Assembly (NCBI RefSeq): GCF_964355755.1
Contig: NC_092674.1
Span: 11,036,001-11,100,000 of the forward strand
DNA: 64,000 nt
Origin: Antedon mediterranea
Taxonomy: Eukaryota > Animalia > Echinodermata
Direction: 5' to 3'
Part shown: positions 13,450-27,603 of the stretch, piece by piece
Position numbering within the stretch: position 1 is the first letter of the stretch
Layout of the letters: every line of letters begins with the position of its first letter
Made by a program: the position numbers and the translations under genes
The notes under the pieces: generated by a model
What the model was told of the DNA's origin: nothing
What the model saw: the letters and a program-made list of their open reading frames with translations, nothing else
The model's database searches: none

Positions 13450-15048
13450 TAAGGGTTCTGTACTGTAACTGGTTCCTTATGAGACATGCTGTTAATAGAC
13501 AAAAATTGTTTATCAAAACTTTTTAGTACATCCCTAATTGTGATCATTGGAATAAAAGGTAGAATAATAATGTACAGTTGAACACATACTATCGTCATTC
13601 ACTAATCACTGCCATATAGTCTGTGGGATGCCATTTAAACAGATGGCATCATAAATGTAAAATATCCTAACTTGCACAAACCATGTTATAACATTAACCA
13701 TCAATTCGTAAAACACATCGAAGAACACTGTCAGAATCACCCTAGTGTGATGTGGAATCTGGAAATTATTATTCTATAGTATGTGATGCATTTAATATTG
13801 GCAGTGCAACACTGGGTGGGAAATGTTTAGAGGGTTTGAATTTATAAAGCTCTTGTCCCTTAAAAAAGAACGAGATGAAAGTGAAAGTCTATGCCAGTAC
13901 CCAAACCAAAATATGGGGATTTCCCCAAGTTTCCATCTATCCTAGCTAAAGCTATAGAAACGGGTCATCCCCAACCAAATTTTAGTTTTAATTCACATAG
14001 ATTTTCAAGTCACTTAAAACCCACTAAACTTCTCAAGAACTAATATTGTAAAAAATACTGGACAACCCCAATTTAATCGAGCTAAATAAGTATTTTTGGC
14101 TATCTGGAAAATCTTTGATAATGTATTTCTCTGTAATGAGATACAGTAGTTAATGTTATCACTTTGTAAGTACCGGTAAGTATTTTTAAAAATGATTTTT
14201 AAACTAAATTCAATTAAAATTATTTGAATTATTATCAGACTGATATAGTACCTGCATATTTCTGCAAATTAGATGTTTCTATAATAACACTTATTTGTGA
14301 ATGAATAATAATGCTAATGTACAGTAATAAGCATGGTAGGCCTACATACAGTAATAATGTATATAAATATAAACAGCTTCATTATTAATTTGTGTGATAA
14401 CCGGAATTACATTTTACAGCTACACATTTGTTTAGTACTAAACTTAACATATGGTCAGCAACAACATTAATGTTATTACATAATTACTGTAGTAGATCTA
14501 CTAGTCTGATTCCCATAGTATTACGTTCTTTATAATTACACACAACCACTCACCCACTAATAATACATTAATTAAACAACTCCACAGCTTCCTATCAAAC
14601 ACCTAAAAACCTACACCTAACACTCTCAATATCTTCTCCACACTAAAATTAGAAAATGCATCGATCAAGATTTGAACCAACAGGTATCATACTGCAAAAC
14701 AACACAATTTTATACTGCCTTACAAACACTAATTAGTAGGCAACAAATTGCTCAAAACAGCTGTATACAAGGTATCTTTATAGAACAAAATGATAATTGT
14801 GCATGCATAATTTTTTGATTCATGAATAATTCATGAAGCAAATACGACTACAAAATTCATAGTCGTAGTCTGGAGAGGGATGGGCTCCGCCAGGTGCGCA
14901 TTGCATAGTGACCCTACGACCACACCCGGTCACATGACAAGTAACAGTAAGATCTATACTCATACTCCCCCATCTTAATGCTGCATTTTGAAACCTTCCC
15001 CACCCTACCCAACTTACCAACCACCAAAAACAGTCACAAAATACGTAC

Positions 15049-15137
15049 TTAAATAACCTTGGGCTGGCAGCCACTTGGTCGCCAACTTGTGTAGCTTGTT
15101 TCAACTTCTCTATATTCTCAGCATAATTTTGTAACAT
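15049..15137 (-). CDS. JIP3/4 coding exon 4 (MLQNYAENIEKLKQATQVGDQVAASPRLF)
   Basis: tttgcag|ATG; donor gtacgt (alternative gttatt 9 nt earlier, same phase); similar to JIP4 MIHNYMEHLERTK. Confidence 0.85.
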
Positions 15138-15220
15138 CTGCAAAAATAAAAAATATTATTTAGCCGCTGCAGCCAACTTTTGTACTCCTAATGCTTGGTT
15201 CACATTAGAGATGCAACATA

Positions 15221-15395
15221 CAGGGAAAATTTTCATTTAAAAAATTTGTTTAGCAATATTGCCAATCAAACTGATTTTTAAGTCGAGAAACATAGTTTTG
15301 TATTGTATTTTTTGCTACACAATTTTCAAAATGTGTAGCAATAAGGTTGTTTTGTATAGCTTTTTGCTACGCTACACTGGCGAAAATGTTCCCTG
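15221..15395. mobile_element. 175-bp MITE copy 2, 5-bp TSD ACATA
   Basis: Highly similar to 12999..13173. Confidence 0.85.
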
Positions 15396-15884
15396 ACATA
15401 TGACAATCGCAAAGTGTAACATCAACAGGGGCTGAATTTAAACCAGAACATGAAAGACGCTTTAGAGTGCATACAAGCCATCTACACTGCACATTGGAGC
15501 TCAGCCACTAAACTCTCTTATGTTTGGCAATTCTTGGCCATCTTTACATGTCACACGGAGGTTGGAGAGAGGTTTAAAGTAACCCGTCTATAGGACTTAC
15601 AGCATCAGCTAGTAGTTAGACTAAATTAATTAAAGATCATGGAACATGGTATTTGATATTTATGTAAAATAGTAGTATTATAGTTGTTCTCCTTGATGGA
15701 TATTAAACAGACAATAAATTAAAAGTTTTCAGGACATAATTAAAGTGTTTTCTGCTATTTCGCGCAACTGCTCTCAGTTCACGACTATTCGGGTTTTTTC
15801 GGCATTTTCCGGTAACCTCTGATAGTGACGTCATAAGATGAAGAAACTTTTTCGCCCGCCTGAGCTGTGTATGTACAAACTAGG

Positions 15885-17125
15885 ATGTCAACACGTATTG
15901 CGTATGATTTTGACAGTTCTTCGTCAGAGGAATTAGAAGAGGAAACATTGATAGTGGAATGCGAAACTGAGGAGAATGAAGGAGAAACTATTTTGTTTAA
16001 CAATCGAAATATTGAATGGAATGTCGATGAAATTAATTCGGCCGTACATGTACGAGCCCGATTGTAGTTCTGACGATTCTTCATCATCAGAAGATGGCTA
16101 GGCCTACCTACAATTCAAGCAGAGAATATTCAACTTCAAACCCAGTTATTAAATTGGTTAGTAGTACTATCTCTTTTATTAAAAATTAATGTATAACTTT
16201 ATTGTATAATTAACAATTCCCTAGTAGATAACTACGATATTCTTCCGTCATGCCAGTGTGTGTATTGTGGCTTAGTTAGGCCTAGGGCCTAGATAGAGGC
16301 TAGGCCCTACTGTACTTTACTCCAATTCATGCGGCTAGCCCTCTCACCGGCGACGGTCGGCTATCGTCTATAAGCCTACGGCCTAGATTGAATTTTTTTA
16401 ACGAAATAAAGATTAGGCTAAATTGAATCGTAGAAAGCAAAAATGTACATTACGGTATTAGACTGACCATTTTATTTAACAAATTTGCACTTTGTTGTTT
16501 GAAATAGGCCTAGGGTAAGCCTAGATAGATAGGCCCACCCCTAAGGCTAGCCAAGATGCAGATTTATTTTCCTATTTCACACACAATACATTAAATTAAT
16601 CATTAATAATCACTAAAACTTTAAAAATATTTAATATAGCGCCCTATATATTGTGACATCTCAGAATATTGTAGCGCTCTAGAGCGCTACAATATTATTA
16701 TTACAAAATATTTTTGTTTTTATAATACAGGTGTGATTGTGGCTATTGCCAGATGCTACCCACGTATCGCGAATGTCGATGTTGCCAGGAAGTAGGCCCT
16801 ATTATTTATTAATCATAGGCTGGAGGAAGGTCAGACAATTTACAATACGGAGAAGCCTACATATGCATCACTGAACATCCTGGATTCACTGCTGCCTGTT
16901 TGAATTTGCATGTGTTGGAAATTGCATGGCTGCATTACCGCCAACAGTATGACACACCTGTTGAAGCCTCAAAACATAAACGTCTGAGACATATTGCGTA
17001 CCGGCAACTCGCCAGATGGTGTTGGGGGTTTTTGGGCCGAAATGGTAGTCTTACCATCATGTGCCGTTTCCTGCATAAGAGCCCACTTCCCACTGGAAGA
17101 TGATTTCCAGTTTGCTGGATTTTAG
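15885..17125 (+). pseudogene. KolX-like (P2X7 C-terminal-like Cys-rich) accessory gene of Kolobok, frameshifted; exons about 15885..16156 and 16731..17125
   Basis: Motifs RPYMYEP, W|CDCGYCQMLPTYRECRCCQE, CITEHPGF, LRHIAYRQLARWCWGFLG, LPSCAVSCIRAHFP spread over several frames. Confidence 0.82.
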
Positions 17126-17519
17126 GATTGAGTAAACATTTAGCACCAACTTGTATTGAGATTACAATTAACCACATACAATTATTTACTGTACTTCATA
17201 AAGGAAAGTATTGTACACTGTATCTGATAGAAATAAAATGATCAAATAGAAATAAAATATACATTTCTCTGACACAATTTATTAAAAAATTATGCACACA
17301 AGTGATTATTTTGTTTATAAAACTGTTGGCTCTGGATTGTGGCGCTGTATCCACATAAACAAATGGCTTTGAATCTTTCACTAAAAAAACGAAATAATGA
17401 TTTATAATAAAAAGCATGATGGAATGTATCTCATTTCTTGGAGTATGTATTATACTTCTTATTTGAAGTTGATCAGTGGACCTTTTGGCTGCTGATTTAT
17501 TTACTGCATAATTTTTGCC

Positions 17520-17686
17520 TTAGTTGTTCACATTTGGAAATCTTGTGAAGTGGTTGGCAATAGCGGTCTCTTTGTCGGGGCGTTCAAATCCTGAACAGAG
17601 TTGGGGTGGCGCATCAACAACATCAACATCTTCTGCTGTCCCTTCAACAATGCTCATTACCTCCAAGATGAGGTCATCCACATACC
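17520..17686 (-). pseudogene. Last exon of putative Kolobok transposase (YVDDLILEV...PPQLCSGFERPDKETAIANHFTRF)
   Basis: Good acceptor ttcgcag|; C-terminal motif recalled from this family; convergent with KolX; no catalytic exons seen. Confidence 0.6.
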
Positions 17687-18141
17687 CTGCGAAATAATAA
17701 TACGGTACTGTAAGAACAAAATCATTTGTAAAAGTGCAATAAGATTATATATAATTTGACTTTTCTAAAGCAAATTTCAAATGGTTCAATTTTTGTTCAA
17801 ATCAATAGAGAATATAGTGCAATCTGTCATGCAACTTACAAATTATTGCAGTCAGCTTGTGCACAAGCTTTATTTTTATGAGGGCAGAACAACTCCCCAC
17901 CTGAACTATTATGCTGGGGCTTTCAACACAGTACTACTAGCCTAGGCCCTTTGTGTTGCTGATTTTAAAACCGAATTAATCACCTAGGCCTACTACTCTA
18001 CTATACTAGAATTTAGAAAGAAGTACTACCTAGGCCTACCTTTTATTTAGTTAATCGACACAACAACTTCAGTTTTACTAATTTTTTTATTGCGTTTAAA
18101 AACACGATAATAATGCATTCGTATAACTGACTGTAACTAAC

Positions 18142-18445
18142 CATTCCAAAGTTTGGGTCCGTAATTGAAAATGTAAACCTAGGCCTAGGACCATTTATTG
18201 TTGGTCTGGTCAATTTCCCCACGACGTTCTTCGCCGCCTTCGCGTTGGTCCGCCTCGCCTTCAGAATCGGTGAGATCGGGCTCTCATATAGGCCTACGGT
18301 TGAATTAATTGCATTCAATAACACTTTCTTGCGTATCCATAACGTCGTCTCCTTCATCTTCATCAATTTCGAATTCATAATGGATAGTTTCCTCTTCAAA
18401 ATCAGACTCCGAACTGTCGAGATCGTACACAATACGTGTTGACAT
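18142..18445 (-). pseudogene. Second, diverged KolX-like exon 1 in inverted orientation
   Basis: MSTRIVYDLDSSES vs MSTRIAYDFDSSSS; ends at equivalent donor TG|gttagt. Confidence 0.75.
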
Positions 18446-18977
18446 CTTGCCGATACAGTACAGTTTGTATACAATAGAGAGATGCGTCGCGACAGGGCAG
18501 TGCAGTGTGTTCATCTTATGACGTCACGATTTATCGCCTTGGATTTCCTGCTTCCAAATTCGACTTCGGAGATATAAACTCCGATGTATGTAAATCATAA
18601 AAAATTCATAATTTACGCTTATAGAATTTATTTTATCAAAACGTACTAATAAAATCAACATATTCAGACCCAAATCAGCCAAAAAACGTTATACATCAAA
18701 TACCATGTTCCATGATCTTTAATTCTATTTTATTAAGCTATTTTTAAAATTTATAATTATGACAACGATTCATGTGCATATGGATTGGTATACATTTTGT
18801 AACCAAATATTTTGACATTTGAATCGATCTCAATAGGAAATAAATAGAGTCTACTGTAGGATACGATGCCTTGGCAAGGGCTGAAAATAAGTGTTCAAAG
18901 ACATCTCAAATGTTTTCAAGTGAGGAAATATACTCTTCTTCTTAAGGAAGCAAAGCTGGAATTATAGTAATGACAGA

Positions 18978-19139
18978 GTACATTACCAGGGGCCTGAGTA
19001 CATTACCAGGGGCCTGGGTACATTACCAGGGGCCTGAGTACATTACCAGGGGCCTGGGTACATTACCAGGGGCCTGGGTACATTACCAGGGGCCTGGGTA
19101 CATTACCAGGGGCCTGGGTACATTACCAGGGGCCTGGGT
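18978..19139. repeat. Minisatellite, 20-bp unit GTACATTACCAGGGGCCTG(G/A), 8 copies
   Basis: Visible tandem array. Confidence 0.95.
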
Positions 19140-22100
19140 GTGACATTTTGGGGGAAATTAGGGGGTGGGTTTATACTCGAATTGCATTAACAATAGGATT
19201 TACCAAGGTCCGAATTTAGCCTAAATTAAGAAGTGGGATTATCTCGCATTAACAATGAAATGTTCCACAGTTAGGGGAGTTGGATCATTTACTTGAGCAT
19301 GTGATTATACTCAGTTACTGTATAAAGTACAGTATAATAATTGGTCTAACAATAGAAATAATATTTATAACAGCAATGTGTTTTTACAGAACTGTACTTA
19401 TATCTACATCTATAATAAAAATCTATAATATAATAAGTAGTATGATGCTGGAATATCTGTATAGTCTTTGCAGATTAACAACAAATTAATAATACACCAT
19501 AAAAAAAAATTAGGTTTAAGAGTTAAATTTAGTAATAAAATAGTTATGGTACTGTATCTAAATGTACAGTACCATGTTTATTACGGACTAATCAATAGAA
19601 TAGAAAGCAATACAATCAATATCAAATCAAACAAACTACATGGAAGAATGTTATGATTAAATAGAATTTTATTGGCGGATCCAGGATTTGGAAATAGGAG
19701 GGTCCAGGGCCTAAAAGTATGGAAATGAAGTGCTGAACTTAATTTAATGTCCTATCTTTTGCATTACAATTTTTTAAATTTAGGAGGGGGCTCATGCCAG
19801 CCTTGAATTTGCCTATGAATTATCAACACAGAATATAATGTTTGCCCTTATGACACTGACAGTATCAGTGATGTGTAATACACACAGAAAAAACAGGAAT
19901 ATTTAAACTTTGACCAAAAACAAACAAGTATTGAAAGCAAGTACGTGATTGTAGAGCTAGACTAAATAAAGCACAGTCATCTAGAAACATTTCAGAAGAA
20001 CTACTTACACTACAGTAGCTCCCAAATAAATGTGTGTGCAATACACACTTCTACCATGGGATCTAATCTAGCCCTAACAGGTCTTAAAATCTTAAATTTG
20101 TGGTTTAAGTCTCACCCAAGAATTACTTACACAATGGAAAAAATATAGTACAATTACATCAGAGTAGAAAAAAAATTTACTAATTTACTTTAGTTTAACA
20201 ATTTCAGAAGAAAATAATAAGGTTTTATGTTATGGAAATGTACATGGCAATCATTCATAAATAATATGGCAATGTAGTTTGATGGACCATCACAATGCAA
20301 TGTAATATTGTTAATATATTCATAGACTATTGCCGCATTCACAAATGCAGTTTAGGACTTATTCTGTAAGGGAAACGCTGCATAATTCATTTAATGTGGC
20401 GCTAATTTGCATGAGTAATGTTCAAGCCCATCCCTAATTTTGTCACTTATATTTTGTACACAGATTCACTTTTACCTCACAATACTCCCACCCCACAAGG
20501 TAATTGAATCACTGGTTACAAGTACATCCTAAGAACAAAAGGTGGTTTTATACAAGTGTCATTGTGGTGCTTTCATACATTCATTATAATGCAGGGCTTT
20601 TGGCATGACAATGACACAAGACAAAATGCCATCCAATTGTCACAATTTAATTATTTGAATTTCTCTTTAGGTAACTGCATGTTGATAATCACAGATTTCA
20701 GGTAGAGTTACCTTACAGTAAAAGTGTGTACACACATATTTTTGTGTCTGAACTAGGCCGCGAATTAATGTTAGACAGCTCGCATCAAGAGGCCATAACG
20801 GAAAAGGCAAATGAACCATGATGCATCAATTATTTCTGGCATTATTATTATTATCATTTATTCAGGCAAAAGATACATTTGAAAAATCTAATACAAATCA
20901 ACAAATTAAACAAACACAAAGCAAGAAGAAAATATAAAATCATAGTCACTAGCTGCCAGGAAACCACAAAAGCAGCCTAAGCCACTGTCACCAATTAGGT
21001 GTGTCCCTCCAACCAATGATAACGAAATTTACTAATTTTGTGTCTGAACACACTGACTTGATTACCAATACTGTACGCTTTTTGAATGCCTTGAATCTGA
21101 AAATGGGCCTAGAAATGGATTCTTTTGAAGTTAGTACTATATTCTGCACTAAAGTCAATCGTCAATTGTGTGAATTTTTTTCTTTGTGGTATTTTACTCA
21201 GATACTGATGTTTCTGGCACCAGAGGATAGAATGCGAAATTGAGCTAGCGGTTAATTAAGATTTTAATTTAGAATATAAAAATCTTTGATCCAAAAGTGG
21301 TCTTTAATTAAAAAAGGAAATATTTCGTTATTTAGCAATTAATTGAGGAATGATGCAAGCAATTTTTATTGAAGAAAATAAAAAGAAATAGGGAAGATGT
21401 TACACTTGATTGGGCAAAAATGAATATCTAATGAATATTCATGATGGTCCTGAAATTGGTTTTTAATTAGAGGAAACCCTTTATTTTAATTATCAATACT
21501 TGCAGATGAATCTGAATGAAACAGTCTAAGACCAAAAATATGAAATTATAGATTTTTTTTAAGGAAGTAGCCAAAAACAAATAAGGAAAATAGTCCATTG
21601 GGCACAAATGAATACTTAATGAATATTCATATTATAGACAACAGTAATTATATCATAAGTTATTAACTCTTTATGGTTTTAAAATTCTATGCATTACACA
21701 AACCAAATATAGTGTTCAATTTGTGCTAATTAATAATCTTATGTGAATGACAGAATACACAATCAAAAAACACAATCCTAAAACAATTTTCAACACCTAT
21801 TTCATAACACAAAGTTGATGATATATGATATATTTCTGCTAAATTTTTGATTAAAAAGGGCTTTTACCGAATGGTACTCATTGGGCCTTAGGGTCTTCTG
21901 GGCGGAATCGCTATCAAGAGATTCCGGAAGCGCAATCTTTGGAAATTACGGCTGTTGGTTGCCATTAGCACTGACGCCAAAAATATATGTAAAAATAGAA
22001 TTTTTTTTATGATTAGTTGAGATGAAATCATGTGACTAGCCAAGTTAGTTAATATCCAATATATCAATACGCACACCCACAAGAGCTGGGTGTAATAAGC

Positions 22101-22183
22101 TCTACGAAAATGGCAATAAAACAACCCTCGGTGTACACAATTTACAATAAAAGATGGATAAAATAAGATTAAAGAAATATTAC

Positions 22184-22254
22184 CTCATTGTGTCTCTTCT
22201 GTAGAGTACTATAATCCTTCTTCAGTTCTGATTCTCGATCTTCATGTCGACCAA
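22184..22254 (-). CDS. JIP3/4 coding exon 3 (IGRHEDRESELKKDYSTLQKRHNE)
   Basis: ttttatag| ... GAG|gtaata; 71 nt, phase 1 to 0; similar to [24 protein letters not shown]; absent from ORF track. Confidence 0.92.
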
Positions 22255-22874
22255 CTATAAAAGAAAATTGGAACAGACATGGAAGCATCCATTATCAACA
22301 GCAGCATAATGTATGTCACCAAGGTGGAAACAGACTTTCTCTTCAAACATGTGACGCTTTCCACGATTTGTTTCCATATTTTAGGGTTTTGAGCAGGATG
22401 CTTTGTTATTCTGCTGAACTCTACATTTTTTTCTTTTAAATCTTTTTTTATTTGGTTTTCCAGTTTTCTTTTGGTCTTCCTGGTGGTCTTTTTAATTTCT
22501 AACTAAGTCTGTAAAATCAATCTTTTTATACTACAGTTGATTTATTTTCATATATTAACTACCTCTTTTAAAAAAAGGGAAGTGGTCACCAGTGCTCACC
22601 ACAGTACGATTCTGCTATTGAAGAGCTTTCGATTTGCATCATGTTTAGATCATTATGTGTACATGGAAATATGGTCTGCTAAGGTTTGATGGTTTCCAGA
22701 TCTAGGCGACAACAGCCAACACATAGATTGATGGGTTGGTTCCTTTTAGTCATCGCAAATTGGAAGGTCCCTATTGTTCTAAGTTTATTCAAGAGGATGA
22801 CACTAGTATTTTCACAATTTCTGAGCTTACAGAATCTGATTTTTTACACAAAATTCTGACAGTACGGTACTTAC

Positions 22875-22995
22875 TTTGATCGTTCAGATTTTTAAATTTC
22901 AGTTGATAATGTTTGTTACTACTTTCAAAATGTTCAAGTCTATTTTGAAGACTTCTTCGCTCCTGATCATTCGTGTCTTCATATTCTAATACTTT
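22875..22995 (-). CDS. JIP3/4 coding exon 2 (KVLEYEDTNDQERRSLQNRLEHFESSNKHYQLKFKNLNDQ)
   Basis: ttttcag| ... |gtaagt; 121 nt, phase 0 to 1; coiled coil similar to KFIEFEDSQEQEKKDLQ. Confidence 0.92.
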
Positions 22996-23964
22996 CTGAA
23001 AAGTCATTAAAAGAATTCATTAAATAATGCGCTAATAAAGCCATTAGAAAATGTTATCATATGTATAGGTAATGCTTTTACTACACATAGTACCATAGGT
23101 AAAGTAAAAGTTTGCCAGACAGGAGGTTTAAGGCCTTCCACCCAACCTAATTTCAACACATCACGCGCCTAAGGAATTCTCCTCATTTCTTAAAATATGG
23201 TTTTACAGTACCAGCAATCAGGGTAGAAGAATAATGTAGCGTGGCAAAATACACAAACCAACAGTGGTGTTGGTAGTCTATGCCGCTTACCTGGATAAAC
23301 CAACATAAGCCTCTCTCTCTGACGAGAGGTAAACATTACGAAAAGAAGAACATTAATAACATTAAATTTCCCGCACCCCCGTCGGATAATGGATCAGTCC
23401 GCCCTCAAGTGAGACACGCCCACTAATCATCGTCATCATCAAATTATGAAAAAAGATTATATTATACTTTATAGTCATGGAACTATACATTTTTTTGTTA
23501 TAGATCCATGTTAGGTCCATGGTATAGTAGTAAATTATTGAGATATTAAAGCATTTTTCTTTAAATACATTTTAAAAAATAATAAAACAGCTACAATTAA
23601 ATCAATATTTATTTCTCATAATTTTTGTTTACAATTGTTTTGCATCTTCACACAATATTTAGCGACTATTTGTTGAATATTATTCTTAGATTATTCCATG
23701 CAATTGCTAGTTAGGGCATGGAGGTATAAAAAAGTGGTTAGGGAAATAAATGACAGAAGTGGCAACCCTTTTATTTGACAAACAATTAATGAATCGTGCT
23801 ATAGATACTATATTGGGTTTAACAATACATGCTCATTCAGAGTACTGAGTAATTAAAATTCTTAGCAGCTGAAATAACTATAGTGAATTGAAAGGTGAAA
23901 CATTATTGCAGGATAATTCACTGGTATTTCATAATTATTTTTGAGAATGAATGCTATTCTGAAC

Positions 23965-24801
23965 GGGCGCAGGTCAAGTCGGCCCTAAACCGTCTCGGCC
24001 AAAGTCAAGTCGGCCCCACGTCAAGTCGGCCTCAAGTCAACTCGGCCACAATAAAGTATGGAACGCAAAAAGTGCTTAATTTATTATGATTCTTACTATC
24101 CACGCTTTAAAAAAAAAAAAATAAAAAAAAAAAATATAATTAAATAATATCATATAAAAAAATGAACTCATTGCCGATATGAATATAAGTACCCGCGTGT
24201 TACAAAAACACATGCAGGTACCGCATTTTAGTAAATCGAAGACGGAGGCCTACGTTCCACCATTTGGCCATAGAAAAAATGATCGTACATCGTTTTTGTC
24301 CATGATTTGCGTTTAAAAAAAAGGGGAATCCCCCGGTCAGTGAAAACACGTAGCAGTTGTAGATATCGAAAAAGCTGCCAAAGGCGCGGGGAGGCGCAGC
24401 TACGAATTGTTTTCAATTGTGTAATTTGAAATTTTATTAAACGTATTAATAAAGGAAAGTTGGTGAAATCATTCCTATTTTTTTTTGCTAAATACATTAT
24501 TGTCTAAATATTAATATTCATTATTTATAGTTAAAAAATTGTGAAGAAATATTATTTTATCAATCCCCTTCATTTGCACTTTTTGCGTTCCATAACGGGG
24601 CCGAGTTGACCGATTATTTTTTGGACGAGTTGACGTGAGGCCGAGTTGACTTGAGGCCGAGTTGACTTGAGGCCGAGTTGACTTGAGGCCGAGTTGACTT
24701 GAGGCCGAGTTGACTTGAGGCCGAGTTGACTTGAGGCCGACTTGACTTGAGGCCGACTTGACTTTGGCCGAGACAGTTTAGGGCCGACTTGGATCGAAAC
24801 C
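23965..24801. mobile_element. Non-autonomous DNA transposon, GG..CC termini, 8-bp TSD TTCTGAAC, subterminal 15-bp tandem repeats (Merlin- or MULE-like)
   Basis: Inverted arrays of AAGTC(AACTC)GGCC; splits the first unit of the adjacent minisatellite, which defines the TSD. Confidence 0.8.
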
Positions 24802-24977
24802 TTCTGAACAGTAGCTACCTAGAGTGAGAATGAATGCTATTCTGAACAGTAGCTACCTAGAGTGAGAATGAATGCTATTCTGAACAGTAGCTACCTAGAG
24901 TGAGAATGAATGCTATCTGAACAGTAGCTACCTACAGTGAGAATGAATGCTATCTGAACAGTAGCTACCTACAGTGA
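24802..24977. repeat. Minisatellite of about 38 bp GAGAATGAATGCTATTCTGAACAGTAGCTACCTAGAGT
   Basis: About 5 units; first half-unit lies at 23943..23964. Confidence 0.9.
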
Positions 24978-25503
24978 AATATTATTTCTATTAAAATTTA
25001 TAATCGGACCAGCCTGCATAATTATAAATTAGCAATTATACTGAATACAATGACATGGTGCTGAGTATTCTATAGTATTAGTAATCCCATTGATTAATCC
25101 AATGATCAATTATAAGAAAAAGTACTGCAAACGAGCCTTTAAAACTCTTTATTCTTGCCTCTGAATTTTAATCTTGTTTTGCATCATTCAGTTTTTATGA
25201 AATATTTTATTTTTGTATATTTTAATATTTTTGCAATATTTGAACATATTTTAATTAAATTTAATCATAAATAAATTATAATTCTAAAATATAATAAAAA
25301 AATAATATTTTGTTCCAAATAAGTACTGTAAAATACATCGCAGGATATCAATATATTTTGCCCTATAATATTATACAACTACAGTAGTTGGTCAACTTTA
25401 ACACTATCACAGTTTCAAGAAGTGTGTTCCGCCATAGACAGGGACCATCAAATATGGCTACATCAAATTTATGCATCATCAATACTAGAATAAGTGTTAC
25501 TGT

Positions 25504-26788
25504 CAGGGGTTTCGTTAGTAGCCGGCAACCGGCGCATTCGACCGTCTATTTTGACATTTTCGCCGGCTACTTTCTGTCTACCTAGGCCTACACGGCCTAG
25601 CCTAGGCTAGCTCCCGGCGCGAGTAGGCCTACTTTTATTAATCAAGAACAATACGTACGTGTTTGTTGTATTTATTACGTTCTCGCGACGACACGATGAT
25701 GATGGATTTAAACATGTAAAAATTAGATATTTTTTATGATATACGATTTATCTATAAACAACTCGAATTATAAACTACCGTACCTAATATTTCGAGAAAA
25801 TAAAACATTTTTAGCACTTAGAATTTTTTTTTATAGATTTAATGAACATAACATGTAGAACTATATTATTTTGGCGTAGGAAAACAAATTTTAATTTGTG
25901 AGAGGCTCAACCACGCTGAAGGTATAGTGGGGGAAGTCCCCTCCTGGACCGCATGTAGCCGTTTTGCGTTGAAAATTGTCGGACGGGCTTGTGTGGTTCG
26001 TGTCGTTAACTGTATAGTTAATATGATGCATTGGAAATCAAACTTTTATGATCTTTTAGATTAATAATTAGACACCAAGTAATTTTTTTCATAGTATATT
26101 TATTCTCAGAGTAATTGATAATCAAAAATTGTTTACTAGGCCTAGTGAAGAAAAATAGTACGTCAAAGAAATCGCGCGCATAATAACGTATCGTAGTTGA
26201 ATCGTGGAAAGCAAAATACTGCTCTGGGACGCGTGCCTCTCGGACTCCCTAATAATAGACCTAGCCTAGGCCCTATATTATTATTATTAATAATATATAA
26301 TATTATTATTGAACTTCCTAACGTCATAAAATAAGGAACCACGCATTTTAAATTAATAAAGTACATAACAAATGGGAGTAAAATAATTGCTAAATACGTC
26401 GGGCCAAAAAAGTTTCGTGCGTAATATATGTTGTTATTGTTATGCTATTTTTTTGTAATTATTATTTTTTTTAAAACACAAATATGCAGGGTTTTTTTCC
26501 CTCAAATATTTAATATACATAAAATGCAATAAAAATAAATATATTTATTTCAAATTAAGCATATATTTATGTGTCTGTAAACTAGTTTAAATGACCTAAT
26601 ATAGCTCTAGAAAGCCAGAGCTTCCAGGGGCCGAAGGCCCTTGGACCCCTGACCAGGGGCCCTTGCCGGCCCCCTGGCCCCCAGCCAATGGTTGTTCGCT
26701 TCGCTCACAAAGTTCTTTATTTATGACTTCAAAATTCTCCTGTTACTTTTTTTTTCTCCTCCTACTTAAAACCTTAATGCAACCCCTG
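25504..26788. mobile_element. Non-autonomous hAT5-like element, 5-bp TSD ACTGT
   Basis: CAGGGGTT...AACCCCTG with ACTGT on both flanks. Confidence 0.75.
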
Positions 26789-27603
26789 ACTGTTGTAACA
26801 AACAATACCTATATCTGAAAATGTTAAACAATACCAATAAATTATTCATTCATTGCCATTAACAATAATAATTATTATTAATTTATAAAAACTGTAGTAA
26901 ATGCAACTCACTATATCGTGTTTTCCTAATATTTTAAATTTATACTTATATTTTTCAAGATACATTTGTGTTACTGTCCTTTTTGTATGGGAGACAAACA
27001 ATTGTCCCCTTGATAGAGTTCTACTGTATCACAAGTTTTTAATGTAATGATACATGTTAAAATGAATGAGCAGTTTATAATGCTTTTAACCCAAATTATT
27101 TTGGATTTTAATCTGAAAAATGAAGATCATAGCAAATTACAAGGACACATTTGAGTAACTTCCTTTAAATCTGCTAGTTCACAACATTGTCCTAATGGCA
27201 GGATGGCACTGTAATGTCAAAACTCTTCTAATAGTAATTAATGAAAATAATGAAAAAAAATATAAATTTCAAAATCTTGTTAAAATATCTTTTCAGGATG
27301 GAATACTGTATGTTGTCACAATACTTATACTTATTTATACTAATTAAGCAAATACATTTATTAATACGGTGCGGTCCAAACAAAAACAGAACATAATGAG
27401 AAGAAGAGAAAACATGAATAAACAAACAAATATTTGCAAGCACAATAATACAATAAATCATTGAGAGTACTTTAACACGACCACTTAGGCCTAGGTTAGG
27501 CTTTCTACTGTAAGGTAGGGTTTAGGCCTAGAGTTTGGTTTCATTGATTATTAGGTTAGCCTGTATGTATTAAAAAATTATTCCATTATTGGTTGGAACT
27601 TAC

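Larger units (their letters stand above)
15634..18718. mobile_element. Non-autonomous, probably chimeric Kolobok transposon
   Basis: 24-bp TIR AGATCATGGAACATGGTATTTGAT, AG..CT termini, TTAA on both sides; contains KolX-like gene and convergent transposase-like tail. Confidence 0.88.
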
